Shown here: piece after piece, positions 45,748-55,378 of the stretch
Layout of the letters: the number at the start of each line of letters is the position of its first letter
How positions within the stretch are numbered: the first letter of the stretch is position 1
Source: an uncultured Bacilli bacterium
Lineage (GTDB): Bacteria > Bacillota_I > Bacilli_A > RF39 > UBA660
Reading direction: 5' to 3'
NCBI GenBank assembly: GCA_944363935.1
Contig: CALVVT010000090.1
Span: 1 to 57,356 of the forward strand
DNA length: 57,356 nucleotides
Translations under genes and position numbers: made by a program
The notes under the pieces: generated by a model
The model's input: the letters and a program-made list of their open reading frames with translations, nothing else
What the model was told of the DNA's origin: nothing
Database searches by the model: none

Positions 45748-47247
45748 TTAATTTATCAAAATCATGGCAATAGTTGTAATACCAGCTCCACTATTAGGCA
45801 TAATTGTCGAAGTAATAAAATCCATTGCAAATAAAGTTACTAAAATAGTGCAAATAACAATTTTAACTAAATACGGAATTTTCGTATATAAATTATCAAG
45901 TAATGGGGCGATAACATATATAACAGTCATACCCGCAAGGCCAAATAAAATTAAAACTTCTAAACATATACGGCCATCGATATTCATAAAAAAGCCACTA
46001 TAATCCCACCACCGCATATCATAAACTAGTTCCAAATAAACACTTACTACGTATTCAATAAAACCACCAATAATTAATGATAAAAGAAAGACAAATAAAG
46101 GTTTTTCTTTTATTTTAGAAAGTAATACTAGAATAATTGTTCCGCCGGCTCCATAAATAGGAAGCCATGGTCCAAATAAAGTTCCTTTATTGACAAACTC
46201 ACCCGTTCTAAATAAATTTAAAGCAACTTCCCAGACCCACCCCATCATAGAAATGGTAAAAAAAATTAAAACTAAACTTAAAACGGAATATTCTCTATTA
46301 TAATCAATTTTAAGCCATCTTCTAATATTTCTTTTAGCTACGCCTTCAGGATAAACATCACATACTTCTAATAATCTTTTATCGGTAAATAATTTATTAA
46401 ATTCTTCATTTCTTACTAAAGCTTTTTCTCTTAAATCTAAATATAAATTACCATAAGTCATTTGATAATATGGTTCAGTTATTAATAAATTAGAAATATT
46501 TAAAGTAAATAAACCTAAAATTTTCCACCCAATAAATGATAAATCCATTTTAAAACAGTTTAATTTATTACCTCTCATCATTTCTTTAGATAAACGAAAT
46601 GCTTCTTTCTTTGAAATCCCTGGATTTTCAGCTAAAATATAAGGTATCATTAAATAAGAATAATACTTAATAACTCCGCCAATAATAGTTAAACACCAAA
46701 GTAAAGTATAAACTTGTCTTAAAAACATTATTAAAGCAACATGTAAAGCTTTTCTAACCCGAAAAACAAAAAATATTTTGTCAAAGGGCGTATCTTTATG
46801 ATTAACTTTTTCGATAAAAAATCTATTTCTTCCTACTTCAAACGTACTACTAATAAAAAGCCAGAAAATAAAGCCTAATAAAATACCACTAAAAATTATT
46901 AAAGCACTAGCTATTTGATTATGAAAAATTATTTGATTTAAACCATTTAAAATCCCGACAAAGAACGAATTAGCCGAAGCAATGTTATTAACAAATATTG
47001 CCAAAATACCTTTTGAAGCGTTAGAGGCATCAACATAAGAGTCAAAACCACTAAATATACTATCTATAATATGAAAATTATTAACGTAATTAGAAGTCTC
47101 GGTATTATGATTAATATTATAAGAAACTAAATCATACCTTTCATTAACTAAAATAAAAGCAATAAATGCGACAATAACAGCTCTAAAATAATTATGTTTT
47201 AAATTTTTCCTAGCCTTTTGTTTTAAACCTTTTCTATCAAACATCAT
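45748..47247 (-). CDS. polytopic membrane protein (DUF975-like N-terminal half, second multi-TM domain in the C-terminal half)
   Basis: N-terminus FDRKGLKQKARKNLKHNYFRAVIVAFI is typical of DUF975; about 10-12 TM helices. Confidence 0.6.
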   Translation of the reverse strand: MMFDRKGLKQKARKNLKHNYFRAVIVAFIAFILVNERYDLVSYNINHNTETSNYVNNFHIIDSIFSGFDSYVDASNASKGILAIFVNNIASANSFFVGILNGLNQIIFHNQIASALIIFSGILLGFIFWLFISSTFEVGRNRFFIEKVNHKDTPFDKIFFVFRVRKALHVALIMFLRQVYTLLWCLTIIGGVIKYYSYLMIPYILAENPGISKKEAFRLSKEMMRGNKLNCFKMDLSFIGWKILGLFTLNISNLLITEPYYQMTYGNLYLDLREKALVRNEEFNKLFTDKRLLEVCDVYPEGVAKRNIRRWLKIDYNREYSVLSLVLIFFTISMMGWVWEVALNLFRTGEFVNKGTLFGPWLPIYGAGGTIILVLLSKIKEKPLFVFLLSLIIGGFIEYVVSVYLELVYDMRWWDYSGFFMNIDGRICLEVLILFGLAGMTVIYVIAPLLDNLYTKIPYLVKIVICTILVTLFAMDFITSTIMPNSGAGITTIAMILIN

Positions 47248-47290
47248 AATTCTAGCTCCTTATTCTATTTAAATTATAACATTTTTCTGC

Positions 47291-47319
47291 TTGACAAGTA
47301 AATATAAATTAGATATAAT
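47291..47319 (+). promoter_or_regulatory. consensus sigma-A promoter of the argS leader
   Basis: TTGACA, 17-nt spacer, TATAAT. Confidence 0.7.
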
Positions 47320-47325
47320 CTTAAA

Positions 47326-47527
47326 TAGTTTATTAAACAAAGACGAGGAATAGTAGTAAAATCCCTTATTTATAGTGAGTCAGTGGTTAGTGGAAACTGA
47401 AAATAATATTTTACGAACGCACCTTCCGAGTTTAATCGTATTTCTGCGTTAAAGATTAAAGTGCATAGAAATTCTATGAAGTAAGGTGGTACCGCGAATT
47501 TTCGTCCTTATTTTATAGAATTTTTTT
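47326..47527 (+). promoter_or_regulatory. T-box riboswitch leader, probable Arg specifier (CGC)
   Basis: Conserved T-box AAGGTGGTACCGCG at 47483-47496. GAA-CGC-A specifier-like context at 47415-47421. An 18-bp terminator helix (47469-47486 with 47506-47523) is followed by TTTTATT, directly upstream of argS. Confidence 0.85.
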
Positions 47528-47544
47528 ATTTGAAGGAGGAGAAT

Positions 47545-49212
47545 ATGGAAAATTTATTTAATGAAGTATTTCAAAAACTAGGTTATGAAGTAAAGGTTAA
47601 AATCAGTAAATCTAATAATGCTGATTTTCAGTGTGACGATTTATTTAAACTAGCGAAAACATATCATAAAGCCCCAATGGAAATTGGATTAGAATTTGAA
47701 GAAGAAATTAAAAAATTAAATAATTTTAACGATTATTTTAAAGAAATTTTTATTTCCAAACCAGGTTTTATCAATATTAATGTTAGTGATACTTATATCA
47801 ATAATGAACTTAAAAGTTTAATGACAAAACCAATATTAGGGTCTACTAAAGAAGATAAAACAATTGTTATCGATTACGGTGGACCTAATGTGGCTAAACC
47901 ACTTCATGTTGGGCATTTAAGAGCTGCAGTTATTGGTCAAGCCATTTACAATATTTTAAAATATAAAGGCAATAATGTTATTGGTGATGTTCATTTAGGT
48001 GATATTGGTTTGCAAATAGGTCAAGTTATTTATGGAATTATCAAAGACTTTCCAAATACTGATTTTAAGGATATTAACATTGATTTAAATTATTTAAACG
48101 AAGCTTATCCAAGAATGAGTAAACTGTGCAAGGAAAACGAAGAAATTAAAAATAAATGTGCAAGTATTACTAAAGAACTTCAAGATGGTGATCCTAATTA
48201 TCATATTTTATGGGAAAAAATTAGAAAAGTTTCAATAGACGATATTAAAAGAATTTATGATTATCTAAATGTTCATTTTGACTATTGGTATGGGGAAAGT
48301 GATGCTCATAAAGAATTTCCAGAAATGATGGATTTTCTAGACAAGCAAGGAGTTATTAAAGACGACGAAGGAGCCAAAATAATTGAAGTTAAAGAAGATA
48401 ATGATAAGTTTGAAATGCCACCTTGTTTAATTAGAAAAAGTGATGGCGCTTACCTTTATGCTACTAGTGATTTAGGAACTATTTGGCAAAGAGCTCGGGA
48501 CTTTAAACCAGATAATATTATTTACGTTGTTGACGGTAGACAAAGTATGTATTTTAAACAAATATTTAGAGCCGTTAAAAAAAGTCATATGTATGATGGC
48601 GTTTTAGAACACTATGGTTTTGGAACAGTTAATGGGCCAGATAACAAACCATTTAAAACCAGAGCTGGTGGTAGTTTAAAACTTGAAGATTTAATTAAAG
48701 AAGTTAAAGAAGAATTTACAAATATGCGGGAAGAAAACAAGCATATGGATAATGAAGACATTGATAAAATTGTCGTTTCTATTTTAAAATTTGCCGACCT
48801 ACAAAATGATTTAGAACGTAATTATATTTTCGACATTAAAAAGTTTAGCGAAGTTAATGGTAAAACTGGTCCTTATATTTTATATACTTATTTAAGAATT
48901 AATAAAATTATAAACGAAAATAATGGTGTTTTATCAAATAAAATTTACAGCGAAAGTGATAGAGCCTTAAGGCTTAAACTACTAGAAGTTAGTAATGTTA
49001 TCAATACTGCAGCTAAAGAAAGAAAACCACATCATATTGTAAGTTACTTATATGATTTAGCAGTTATGGCTAATAATTTCTATCAAAATAATAGACTTGC
49101 TGATTTAGAAGGCCAAAATAAAGACGATTTTGAAATTATTTTAAACTTTAATAATAAAGTTATTAAAACTTTACTTGATTTACTTGGTATCGAAATACCT
49201 AAAAAAATGTAA
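47545..49212 (+). CDS. argS: arginine--tRNA ligase
   Basis: HIGH-type motif PLHVGHLR and a DALR anticodon-binding C-terminus. ATG at 47545 behind GAAGGAGGAG. Confidence 0.93.
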   Translation: MENLFNEVFQKLGYEVKVKISKSNNADFQCDDLFKLAKTYHKAPMEIGLEFEEEIKKLNNFNDYFKEIFISKPGFININVSDTYINNELKSLMTKPILGSTKEDKTIVIDYGGPNVAKPLHVGHLRAAVIGQAIYNILKYKGNNVIGDVHLGDIGLQIGQVIYGIIKDFPNTDFKDINIDLNYLNEAYPRMSKLCKENEEIKNKCASITKELQDGDPNYHILWEKIRKVSIDDIKRIYDYLNVHFDYWYGESDAHKEFPEMMDFLDKQGVIKDDEGAKIIEVKEDNDKFEMPPCLIRKSDGAYLYATSDLGTIWQRARDFKPDNIIYVVDGRQSMYFKQIFRAVKKSHMYDGVLEHYGFGTVNGPDNKPFKTRAGGSLKLEDLIKEVKEEFTNMREENKHMDNEDIDKIVVSILKFADLQNDLERNYIFDIKKFSEVNGKTGPYILYTYLRINKIINENNGVLSNKIYSESDRALRLKLLEVSNVINTAAKERKPHHIVSYLYDLAVMANNFYQNNRLADLEGQNKDDFEIILNFNNKVIKTLLDLLGIEIPKKM

Positions 49213-49242
49213 AAAAGCTATATGATTATTTCATATAGTCTT

Positions 49243-49599
49243 TTATTTGCCTTTTTGGCCACTAAATAATTTAATTTTATAAGTAAGTTTATCATACCCT
49301 TTTTGCATTATATCGATTTTATCTTTGATTTTTTGTCTTTCTTTTTTTAAAAGCTCTATTCGTTCGTCAAGGGTTTCTTCTCCTATTTCCAATAAATCTA
49401 AATATTTTTTTAAAGCCACCACTGGCATACCAGCATCTCGCATACATTTAACAAACTCTATTCTTTTAATATCTTCTTCACCATAATCTCTAATTCCACT
49501 TTTATTTTTCTTAACTGGACCAAGTAACCCTTCTTTTTCATAATAGCGAAGTGTATCAGTTGTTAAATTAAACTTTTGGGCAACTTCTTTTATCTGCAT
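49243..49599 (-). CDS. MerR-family transcriptional regulator
   Basis: IKEVAQKFNLTTDTLRYYEKEGLL plus a C-terminal coiled coil. Confidence 0.85.
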   Translation of the reverse strand: MQIKEVAQKFNLTTDTLRYYEKEGLLGPVKKNKSGIRDYGEEDIKRIEFVKCMRDAGMPVVALKKYLDLLEIGEETLDERIELLKKERQKIKDKIDIMQKGYDKLTYKIKLFSGQKGK

Positions 49600-49647
49600 A
49601 TTTTCACCTCTTTTTAATTGTACACCTTGAAGTACACTTTAAGTCAA

Positions 49648-50123
49648 TTATAAATTTATTATTTCATAATTAATGTCTAAATTTTTTAAAAATTTAAACA
49701 TATCTTTTACCGAAATAAAAATTGTTTTGGTATTAACATTTGGGTGAAAACTAATTCTATTTTCATTTATTATTTCTTTATCAATATATACTTTAATATC
49801 TTGATTATATAAAAGTCCAAAAATAGAAACAATCCCAGGCTCGAGATTTAATTTAGTTTTTAAACTTTCGGTTGAAGCAAACTTTAGTCTTTTTTCACCA
49901 GCTATAAGAGCTAAAGCGGTCATATCAATGTTTTTTTATCGTCTAATATAACTAAATAAAATCTTCTTTTCTTTTGATCACTTAAAAATAAAGTTTTACT
50001 TCTAATTCCATCTATACCTTCAATATACTTATCAGCTTCTTCTGTAGTTAAAGCTGCTGGGTGACTTACTACCTCATAATCAATGTTTAATTTATCTAAA
50101 TAACTTAATACTTCTTTATCCAT
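49648..50123 (-). pseudogene. YbaK/ProX-like aminoacyl-tRNA editing domain gene, frameshifted in an A7 run
   Basis: Track ORFs 49920..50159 and 49648..49923 are the two halves of one protein. Adding one A to the A7 run (49931-49937) gives a continuous ...LDDKKNIDMTALALIAGEKRLKFAS.... Confidence 0.7.
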
Positions 50124-50142
50124 AAACTCTCCTTTATTTATA

Positions 50143-50634
50143 TTAATATTTGGGGTCAAAATATAATTTTAAATAATCATAAGAAGATCTTACAGCCTTA
50201 TTATTTTTTAATAGCTCTTCAAACTCTTCTTTTTTCGTCCATTTTACAGCTTGAACCTCATTTTCTGCCATAACAATATCATTAATATCTATATTTTTAT
50301 TAAGTAACCAAACATCCGCATAATCTCTAGGTCTTTTATATGACGCAATAAACTCTAATTCTTCTTTGGCAACACTAATACCAAGTTCTTCCTTTAATTC
50401 TCTAATCGCTCCATCAATACTTGACTCACCTGCTTTAACAGCTCCTCCTGTATTAGACCAAGCATTAGGAAACTTATGCGCTGTACTTAACCTTTGTTGT
50501 AATAATAATTCTCCTTTATCATTAATAATCCAAATATGAACAGACAAACGATAACAGCCTGCTGGCACTTTATGTTTATCAGTAACTTCACCAGTAAATT
50601 CTTTTTGCTTATTTAAAACATCAACTAATTCCAT
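50143..50634 (-). CDS. NUDIX hydrolase
   Basis: Nudix box GGAVKAGESSIDGAIRELKEELGI. Confidence 0.85.
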   Translation of the reverse strand: MELVDVLNKQKEFTGEVTDKHKVPAGCYRLSVHIWIINDKGELLLQQRLSTAHKFPNAWSNTGGAVKAGESSIDGAIRELKEELGISVAKEELEFIASYKRPRDYADVWLLNKNIDINDIVMAENEVQAVKWTKKEEFEELLKNNKAVRSSYDYLKLYFDPKY

Positions 50635-50659
50635 GACAAACCTCCATTATATACAAAAA

Positions 50660-50736
50660 TGGCGTCCATGAAAGGGCTCGAACCTTCGACCTATCGCTTA
50701 GGAGGCGATTGCTCTATCCAGCTGAGCTACATGGAC
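50660..50736 (-). tRNA. tRNA-Arg (anticodon CCU)
   Basis: The reverse complement GTCCATGTAGCTCAGCTGGATAGAGCAATCGCCTCCTAAGCGATAGGTCGAAGGTTCGAGCCCTTTCATGGACGCCA folds as a cloverleaf. Anticodon stem ATCGC/GCGAT, loop CT-CCT-AA. Confidence 0.9.
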
Positions 50737-50776
50737 ACACATCAATTATATCATAAAAAAAATAAGACATAAAGTC

Positions 50777-51175
50777 TTATCCAAAAAATCTTTTAATTTC
50801 AATTTCCGCATTTTCTACGCTGTCAGAACCATGAACTAAATTTTCTGACTTATTATTAGCATAATCTCCTCTAATAGTTCCCGCTGCGGCTTCTAGGCCA
50901 TCAGTTGGACCCATAATACTCCGCATTCCAGCCACAACATTATCGCCCTGGGCAATCATGCCAACTACTGGTCCTGAAGTCATATACTCTACTATTTCTC
51001 CAAAAAAAGGTTTATCAGCTAAATGAGCGTAATGTTCTTTTAAAATTTCTTCGTCTAAATTCATCATTTTCATATCGGTTATTCTATAACCTTTGTTTTC
51101 AATTCTTGTAATAATTTGTCCAACTAAACCACGTTTATAAGCATCTGGTTTAGTCATAATATAAGTTCTTTCCAT
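50777..51175 (-). CDS. ndk: nucleoside-diphosphate kinase
   Basis: ERTYIMTKPD and NLVHGSDS (catalytic His) motifs. Confidence 0.93.
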   Translation of the reverse strand: MERTYIMTKPDAYKRGLVGQIITRIENKGYRITDMKMMNLDEEILKEHYAHLADKPFFGEIVEYMTSGPVVGMIAQGDNVVAGMRSIMGPTDGLEAAAGTIRGDYANNKSENLVHGSDSVENAEIEIKRFFG

Positions 51176-51186
51176 AATATCCTCTC

Positions 51187-51699
51187 CTATTTAATAAATC
51201 CTATTAATAATAATGCAAATAAATTATACGCATATCTATAAGCAAACCTTAAACGAAATCCACATTTAGCGGAAAATTCATTTAAAGCTACCCCTTTATC
51301 GACAAAACTAACAATCCAACTTTCTAAATATTTAGGAACTGTTAAATTTATTGGAAACATATGCGCACGAATCATATCTTCTTCTTTTTTTGTTAAATTG
51401 AAATTTAATTTAGCTGTTTCTACCGCTTGCGCTGGATGCGTAAAAACAGAAGTTAATCTTTCTTTTTTGCTTCTTTTTTCAGGACTTAAGAAAAAGTCGT
51501 GTAAGAGCCCTCCTCTAGCGACTTCTTCATAGTCAAGATGTAAAGCTTTAGCTATCTTATAAGAATAATAAGATACTTTAACCGAATGTTCATAACGGCT
51601 AATACCGTGATGTTCGATTTTTTTAATTTTCAAAAATTCTTCATTATCTAAAATATGTTCAACAATTTCTCTATATTGTAAGTCTTTTTGACCTGCCAT
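51187..51699 (-). CDS. HD-domain phosphohydrolase
   Basis: H...EHS and LLHDFF motifs; hydrophobic C-terminal tail. Confidence 0.7.
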   Translation of the reverse strand: MAGQKDLQYREIVEHILDNEEFLKIKKIEHHGISRYEHSVKVSYYSYKIAKALHLDYEEVARGGLLHDFFLSPEKRSKKERLTSVFTHPAQAVETAKLNFNLTKKEEDMIRAHMFPINLTVPKYLESWIVSFVDKGVALNEFSAKCGFRLRFAYRYAYNLFALLLIGFIK

Positions 51700-51755
51700 T
51701 TCTCTTTCACCTCAAGTACTTTGCCATTATAGCACATTTTTTAAAATTTTTCAAA

Positions 51756-52802
51756 TTATTCTGCAGAATTTTCATTTCCTTCAATTGTCAAGGTTTCACC
51801 CTCTGGCTGAATCTGAATAAATGTATTACCATCATTTACTTTTATTTCCTTACCACTGGCATATTTATAAACTGTTTGACTACCTCTACTATCCTTTTCC
51901 CAAGTTATTGGTACGGCATAACCATCTGTTATATAATAACCGTCCCCTGAACCAATATTTTCAAGTTCTTGGCGACCATAACTATCATAACTATGATTAG
52001 GTACACTAATTACAATGATATTCTTAACTGTATACTGTTTTCCTGTTTCCGCATCAACATGTGGCTCACCAGACATACTTCTTTTATAAACTTTATTTTC
52101 TTTATCATATTCGTAAGAAGTATCAGTATAATAAGAATATTTTATATAAACATTATCAGCTTTTTCGGCGTCTTCTCTTTTCTTAAGACTAATTTCGTCC
52201 ACACTATAGTTTAAGAGTAAATCCTTATTTGTGTCACGGTCATAGCCTTCTTCTTTAGCTTTTTCATTAATTAGCTCCATACTAGTAAATACCGTATGTT
52301 CTGTAGCCTTATTTAATTTTGTATCGCGCCAAAAAGTACTATCGTCAGTAAGTCCATTAATATTGTCAATTCCTAATGAACTTATATCGTTTTTCGCATC
52401 ATCACTCCAACCATAATGAACGTAAATAGCATCGTTTTCTAATGCATAATCCAAATAATATGGACGAGCACTCCTAACTGACCCAATTTTTTCAGTGTCT
52501 TGATCCTTAAATAAAGCCATTATTCTTGTAATTCCACCTTCAGCAATAATTTCATAACTTAAATAAGCATCCTGAAGACCTGCATGTGGCCATGCAGCAT
52601 GATTATTATTAATCATAACCGCAATAGGCCTTGTTTTTGAATCTTCGTCAACTATTTTTAATTTCTTTTCTGGTTTAATTATTTCTTCTACTTTATCCTG
52701 ATTTAAGTAAAAATAAACGCCAATTCCTATTAATAAAACTATAAGTAAAAATATAAATACTTTAACACCTTTTTTCTTTTTTCTATGTCTTGCTTTAGCC
52801 AT
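51756..52802 (-). CDS. DUF3048 (YerB-like) membrane-anchored protein
   Basis: Signal anchor, then RPIAVMINNNHAAWPHAGLQDAYLSYEIIAEGGITRIMALF, typical of DUF3048. Confidence 0.7.
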   Translation of the reverse strand: MAKARHRKKKKGVKVFIFLLIVLLIGIGVYFYLNQDKVEEIIKPEKKLKIVDEDSKTRPIAVMINNNHAAWPHAGLQDAYLSYEIIAEGGITRIMALFKDQDTEKIGSVRSARPYYLDYALENDAIYVHYGWSDDAKNDISSLGIDNINGLTDDSTFWRDTKLNKATEHTVFTSMELINEKAKEEGYDRDTNKDLLLNYSVDEISLKKREDAEKADNVYIKYSYYTDTSYEYDKENKVYKRSMSGEPHVDAETGKQYTVKNIIVISVPNHSYDSYGRQELENIGSGDGYYITDGYAVPITWEKDSRGSQTVYKYASGKEIKVNDGNTFIQIQPEGETLTIEGNENSAE

Positions 52803-52851
52803 ATCCACCATCCTTTACTATTTTTTACCTTCATAAAAGTATATGTTCACT

Positions 52852-53820
52852 TTACTTTTTAATGACAAAGGAATATCCATTATAATTATTTTTTAAACCA
52901 CCTGTATATAAAAAGCTATTTTCACCACCTGGTAATAGTGCAGCATTATAAGCATTAAACTTAATTAAAAGATTTAATAAGTCACTCATATAAGCGCCTT
53001 TAGAACCAGTTAAGAAATCAAAGCCATTGATATGAAACAGTAAAATAGTTCCATCTTGTCTTTGCGCGATAACGTTTTTCGCATCAGCTGGATATCCACC
53101 ATTTCCATATATTTGAGCTTTTTCACCATTAACTATTAAAAAGGGGCCATAATCAGTACTAAATTTAAACTTTTTAGCGTCTTCTTTACCATATTTACCT
53201 AATACTAAACGATTTTCTTTATCGATTCCAATAATTCCGCCACCAACATTAGCTCTAGAATTATCGTTTAAAACTTTACCATCATTTGTAATTAAGCCAC
53301 TATTTCCAATACTTAAAACGGCATTATAATTATCAATATTGTTTTCATTTACTTTTTCTAAATTTAAAATACTAGGATTATATATTATAACCATTTTTCC
53401 TTTTAACTTATTTTCATTTATTTTAATAATTTGATAATCTTTATCAGAATTATGATTAATAATAATATCTTCATATTTATTAGAAACTTTACTTTTTTCA
53501 AAGGTGATTTTTGTTACATCAGTATTTAATAAAGGTTCTTTAAGATAATTATTTTCTAAAACATTATTAATTGTATAATCGTTATATAAAAGTGTAGCTA
53601 GCGAGGTATTATTTGTAATTAAATATTCTCTAAATGAAGATGCTTTACCATATAAAACAAAAGCAAAGAAAAGTCCTAGAACTATAACTATTAACGAAAA
53701 AACAATAAATATCTTTTGCCAAGTAGTAAAAAGTGGTTTTTTCTTTTCGTCTAAAGTTAATACCTCAACTTTCTTATCTTGAAAGCCTTCTATTTCTAAT
53801 ACTTCTATTTCTTCATTCAT
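52852..53820 (-). CDS. phosphodiester glycosidase (DUF2233)-like membrane-anchored protein
   Basis: TM anchor plus a C-terminal pattern ...NVIAQRQDGTILLFHING...AALLPGG. The family call is tentative. Confidence 0.55.
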   Translation of the reverse strand: MNEEIEVLEIEGFQDKKVEVLTLDEKKKPLFTTWQKIFIVFSLIVIVLGLFFAFVLYGKASSFREYLITNNTSLATLLYNDYTINNVLENNYLKEPLLNTDVTKITFEKSKVSNKYEDIIINHNSDKDYQIIKINENKLKGKMVIIYNPSILNLEKVNENNIDNYNAVLSIGNSGLITNDGKVLNDNSRANVGGGIIGIDKENRLVLGKYGKEDAKKFKFSTDYGPFLIVNGEKAQIYGNGGYPADAKNVIAQRQDGTILLFHINGFDFLTGSKGAYMSDLLNLLIKFNAYNAALLPGGENSFLYTGGLKNNYNGYSFVIKK

Positions 53821-54266
53821 GACGCATCCCCTTTTCCAAAGTATTTTCCATCATTATCGTAATCAATATAATCTTCATACTTCGTCAAACTTAAATTCTT
53901 GTTTTCAAGGGTATCGTTAATATAATAATTAGTAATTGCTTCATAATTTGTTTTAAATACTTCACAAGTAGAATTAGCTAAAGTATCTTTGTATTCTTTA
54001 ATACAAAGTTTTTCTAGTGGTTTGCTTACTTTATATAATTTTTTCATTGTTTTTTCGTAATCACGAGAATTATTTAAATCAAAATGATAATTAATTGCTT
54101 TATCAAACTCTACTTTAAATTTATCATAATTATCCACTATTTCCTGTTTAGTACTAATACTTATACTTTCTTTTTCCGAAAATAAAGTAAAGAAACGGTA
54201 TAGTAAAAATATTATGATAATTAAACATATAAAAGATATAATTATTATAAGTTTTTCCCTTTTCAT
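53817..54266 (-). CDS. hypothetical membrane-anchored protein
   Basis: N-terminal TM helix. ATGA overlap with the downstream gene. Confidence 0.45.
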   Translation of the reverse strand: MKREKLIIIISFICLIIIIFLLYRFFTLFSEKESISISTKQEIVDNYDKFKVEFDKAINYHFDLNNSRDYEKTMKKLYKVSKPLEKLCIKEYKDTLANSTCEVFKTNYEAITNYYINDTLENKNLSLTKYEDYIDYDNDGKYFGKGDAS

Positions 54267-54324
54267 TCTGCCTACCTCTTACTATTAAATATACCAAAAT
54301 ATTTTTTATTTGTAAAGAAAAAAA

Positions 54325-55332
54325 TTAGCTATTTAGATAAGCTAATGCTTCTTTAAAAGTCTTAACAGGAACTAATTTTATATCATAGTTTTTAGCTTCC
54401 TTTATTTTTTTGGCTTTCTTATAGTTATCACCAGCGGGAACAATAAACACATCAGCGCCTTTTTTATGAGCCCCAATTAACTTATATTTTATTCCACTTA
54501 TTTCTCCAACATTACCAAACTCGTCAATTGTTCCAGTACCAACTATTTTCTTGCCATCAGTTAAATCAATATTATTTAAATAACTATATAAAGTAAGAGT
54601 TAACATTAAACCGCCTGAAGAGCCAGATTCCGAATTTTTAAATTTAACTTCGACATCATGGTTTGATTTAACATCAAAGGTTTCAGTAACTAAAACCCCT
54701 ATTTTAGGTTCACCATTAACATCAATTAAAGTAGCGTTTCTTTCTTTTTCTTCTTCGTTATTGATAACTTTTATTTTTATTTTTTGACCAATTTTTTTAT
54801 TTGCTAGTAAATTAAACATTTGGGCTTTATCTTTAACTTTTACTCCATCTATTTCTTTAATTATATCGCCAGTTTTTAAATTAGTTTTAGCTTCAGGATA
54901 AACAAATGTAATATAATCTTTTATGTTTTCTTTTTGATATTTAATATTAGAATTTTCATAAGCTACAAGCAATGCCGTACTATTAGCTTCTTCTAATAAA
55001 AGTTCGTTTCTAAAACGTTGTTCTTCAATACTCTCAAGTCCTTGAGTGACTTCTTCTTTACTTTCTATATCCCAATCATTATTTATTAAAGCAATTAATA
55101 GAAGTGGAATAATACCATCCATTTCTGTTACATAAGCCATATTTAAAGAGCCTTCTAGCTTCATATTTTCGGGCATTTCTATTCTATCAGCAGTATTAAT
55201 AAGGCCTCCAGGCGCGGAAATATAATAAGGCAATTTAAAGGTCATTAAAAAAATTAAAACGATAAAAAGGATTAAGGTTTTATAATTTTCTTTTATAAAT
55301 GTTTTTATTTTTTCATATACTTTATTAATCAT
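54325..55332 (-). CDS. YlbL/SepM-type S16 (Lon-like) serine protease with PDZ domain
   Basis: TM anchor, PDZ segment (GDIIKEIDGVKV), and a Lon-C-like domain (SGSSGGLMLTL...GTGTI...G.VG.I.GI.YKL.GA). Confidence 0.8.
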   Translation of the reverse strand: MINKVYEKIKTFIKENYKTLILFIVLIFLMTFKLPYYISAPGGLINTADRIEMPENMKLEGSLNMAYVTEMDGIIPLLLIALINNDWDIESKEEVTQGLESIEEQRFRNELLLEEANSTALLVAYENSNIKYQKENIKDYITFVYPEAKTNLKTGDIIKEIDGVKVKDKAQMFNLLANKKIGQKIKIKVINNEEEKERNATLIDVNGEPKIGVLVTETFDVKSNHDVEVKFKNSESGSSGGLMLTLTLYSYLNNIDLTDGKKIVGTGTIDEFGNVGEISGIKYKLIGAHKKGADVFIVPAGDNYKKAKKIKEAKNYDIKLVPVKTFKEALAYLNS

Positions 55333-55378
55333 AAGCATTCCTTTCTACAATTAAAGATATACTATTTAGGTGAAATTT

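Noticed and set aside
47530-47544. TTG start at 47530 for argS (track start)
   Set aside because: The TTG overlaps the SD itself (GAAGGAGGAG). The ATG at 47545 is correctly spaced from the SD.
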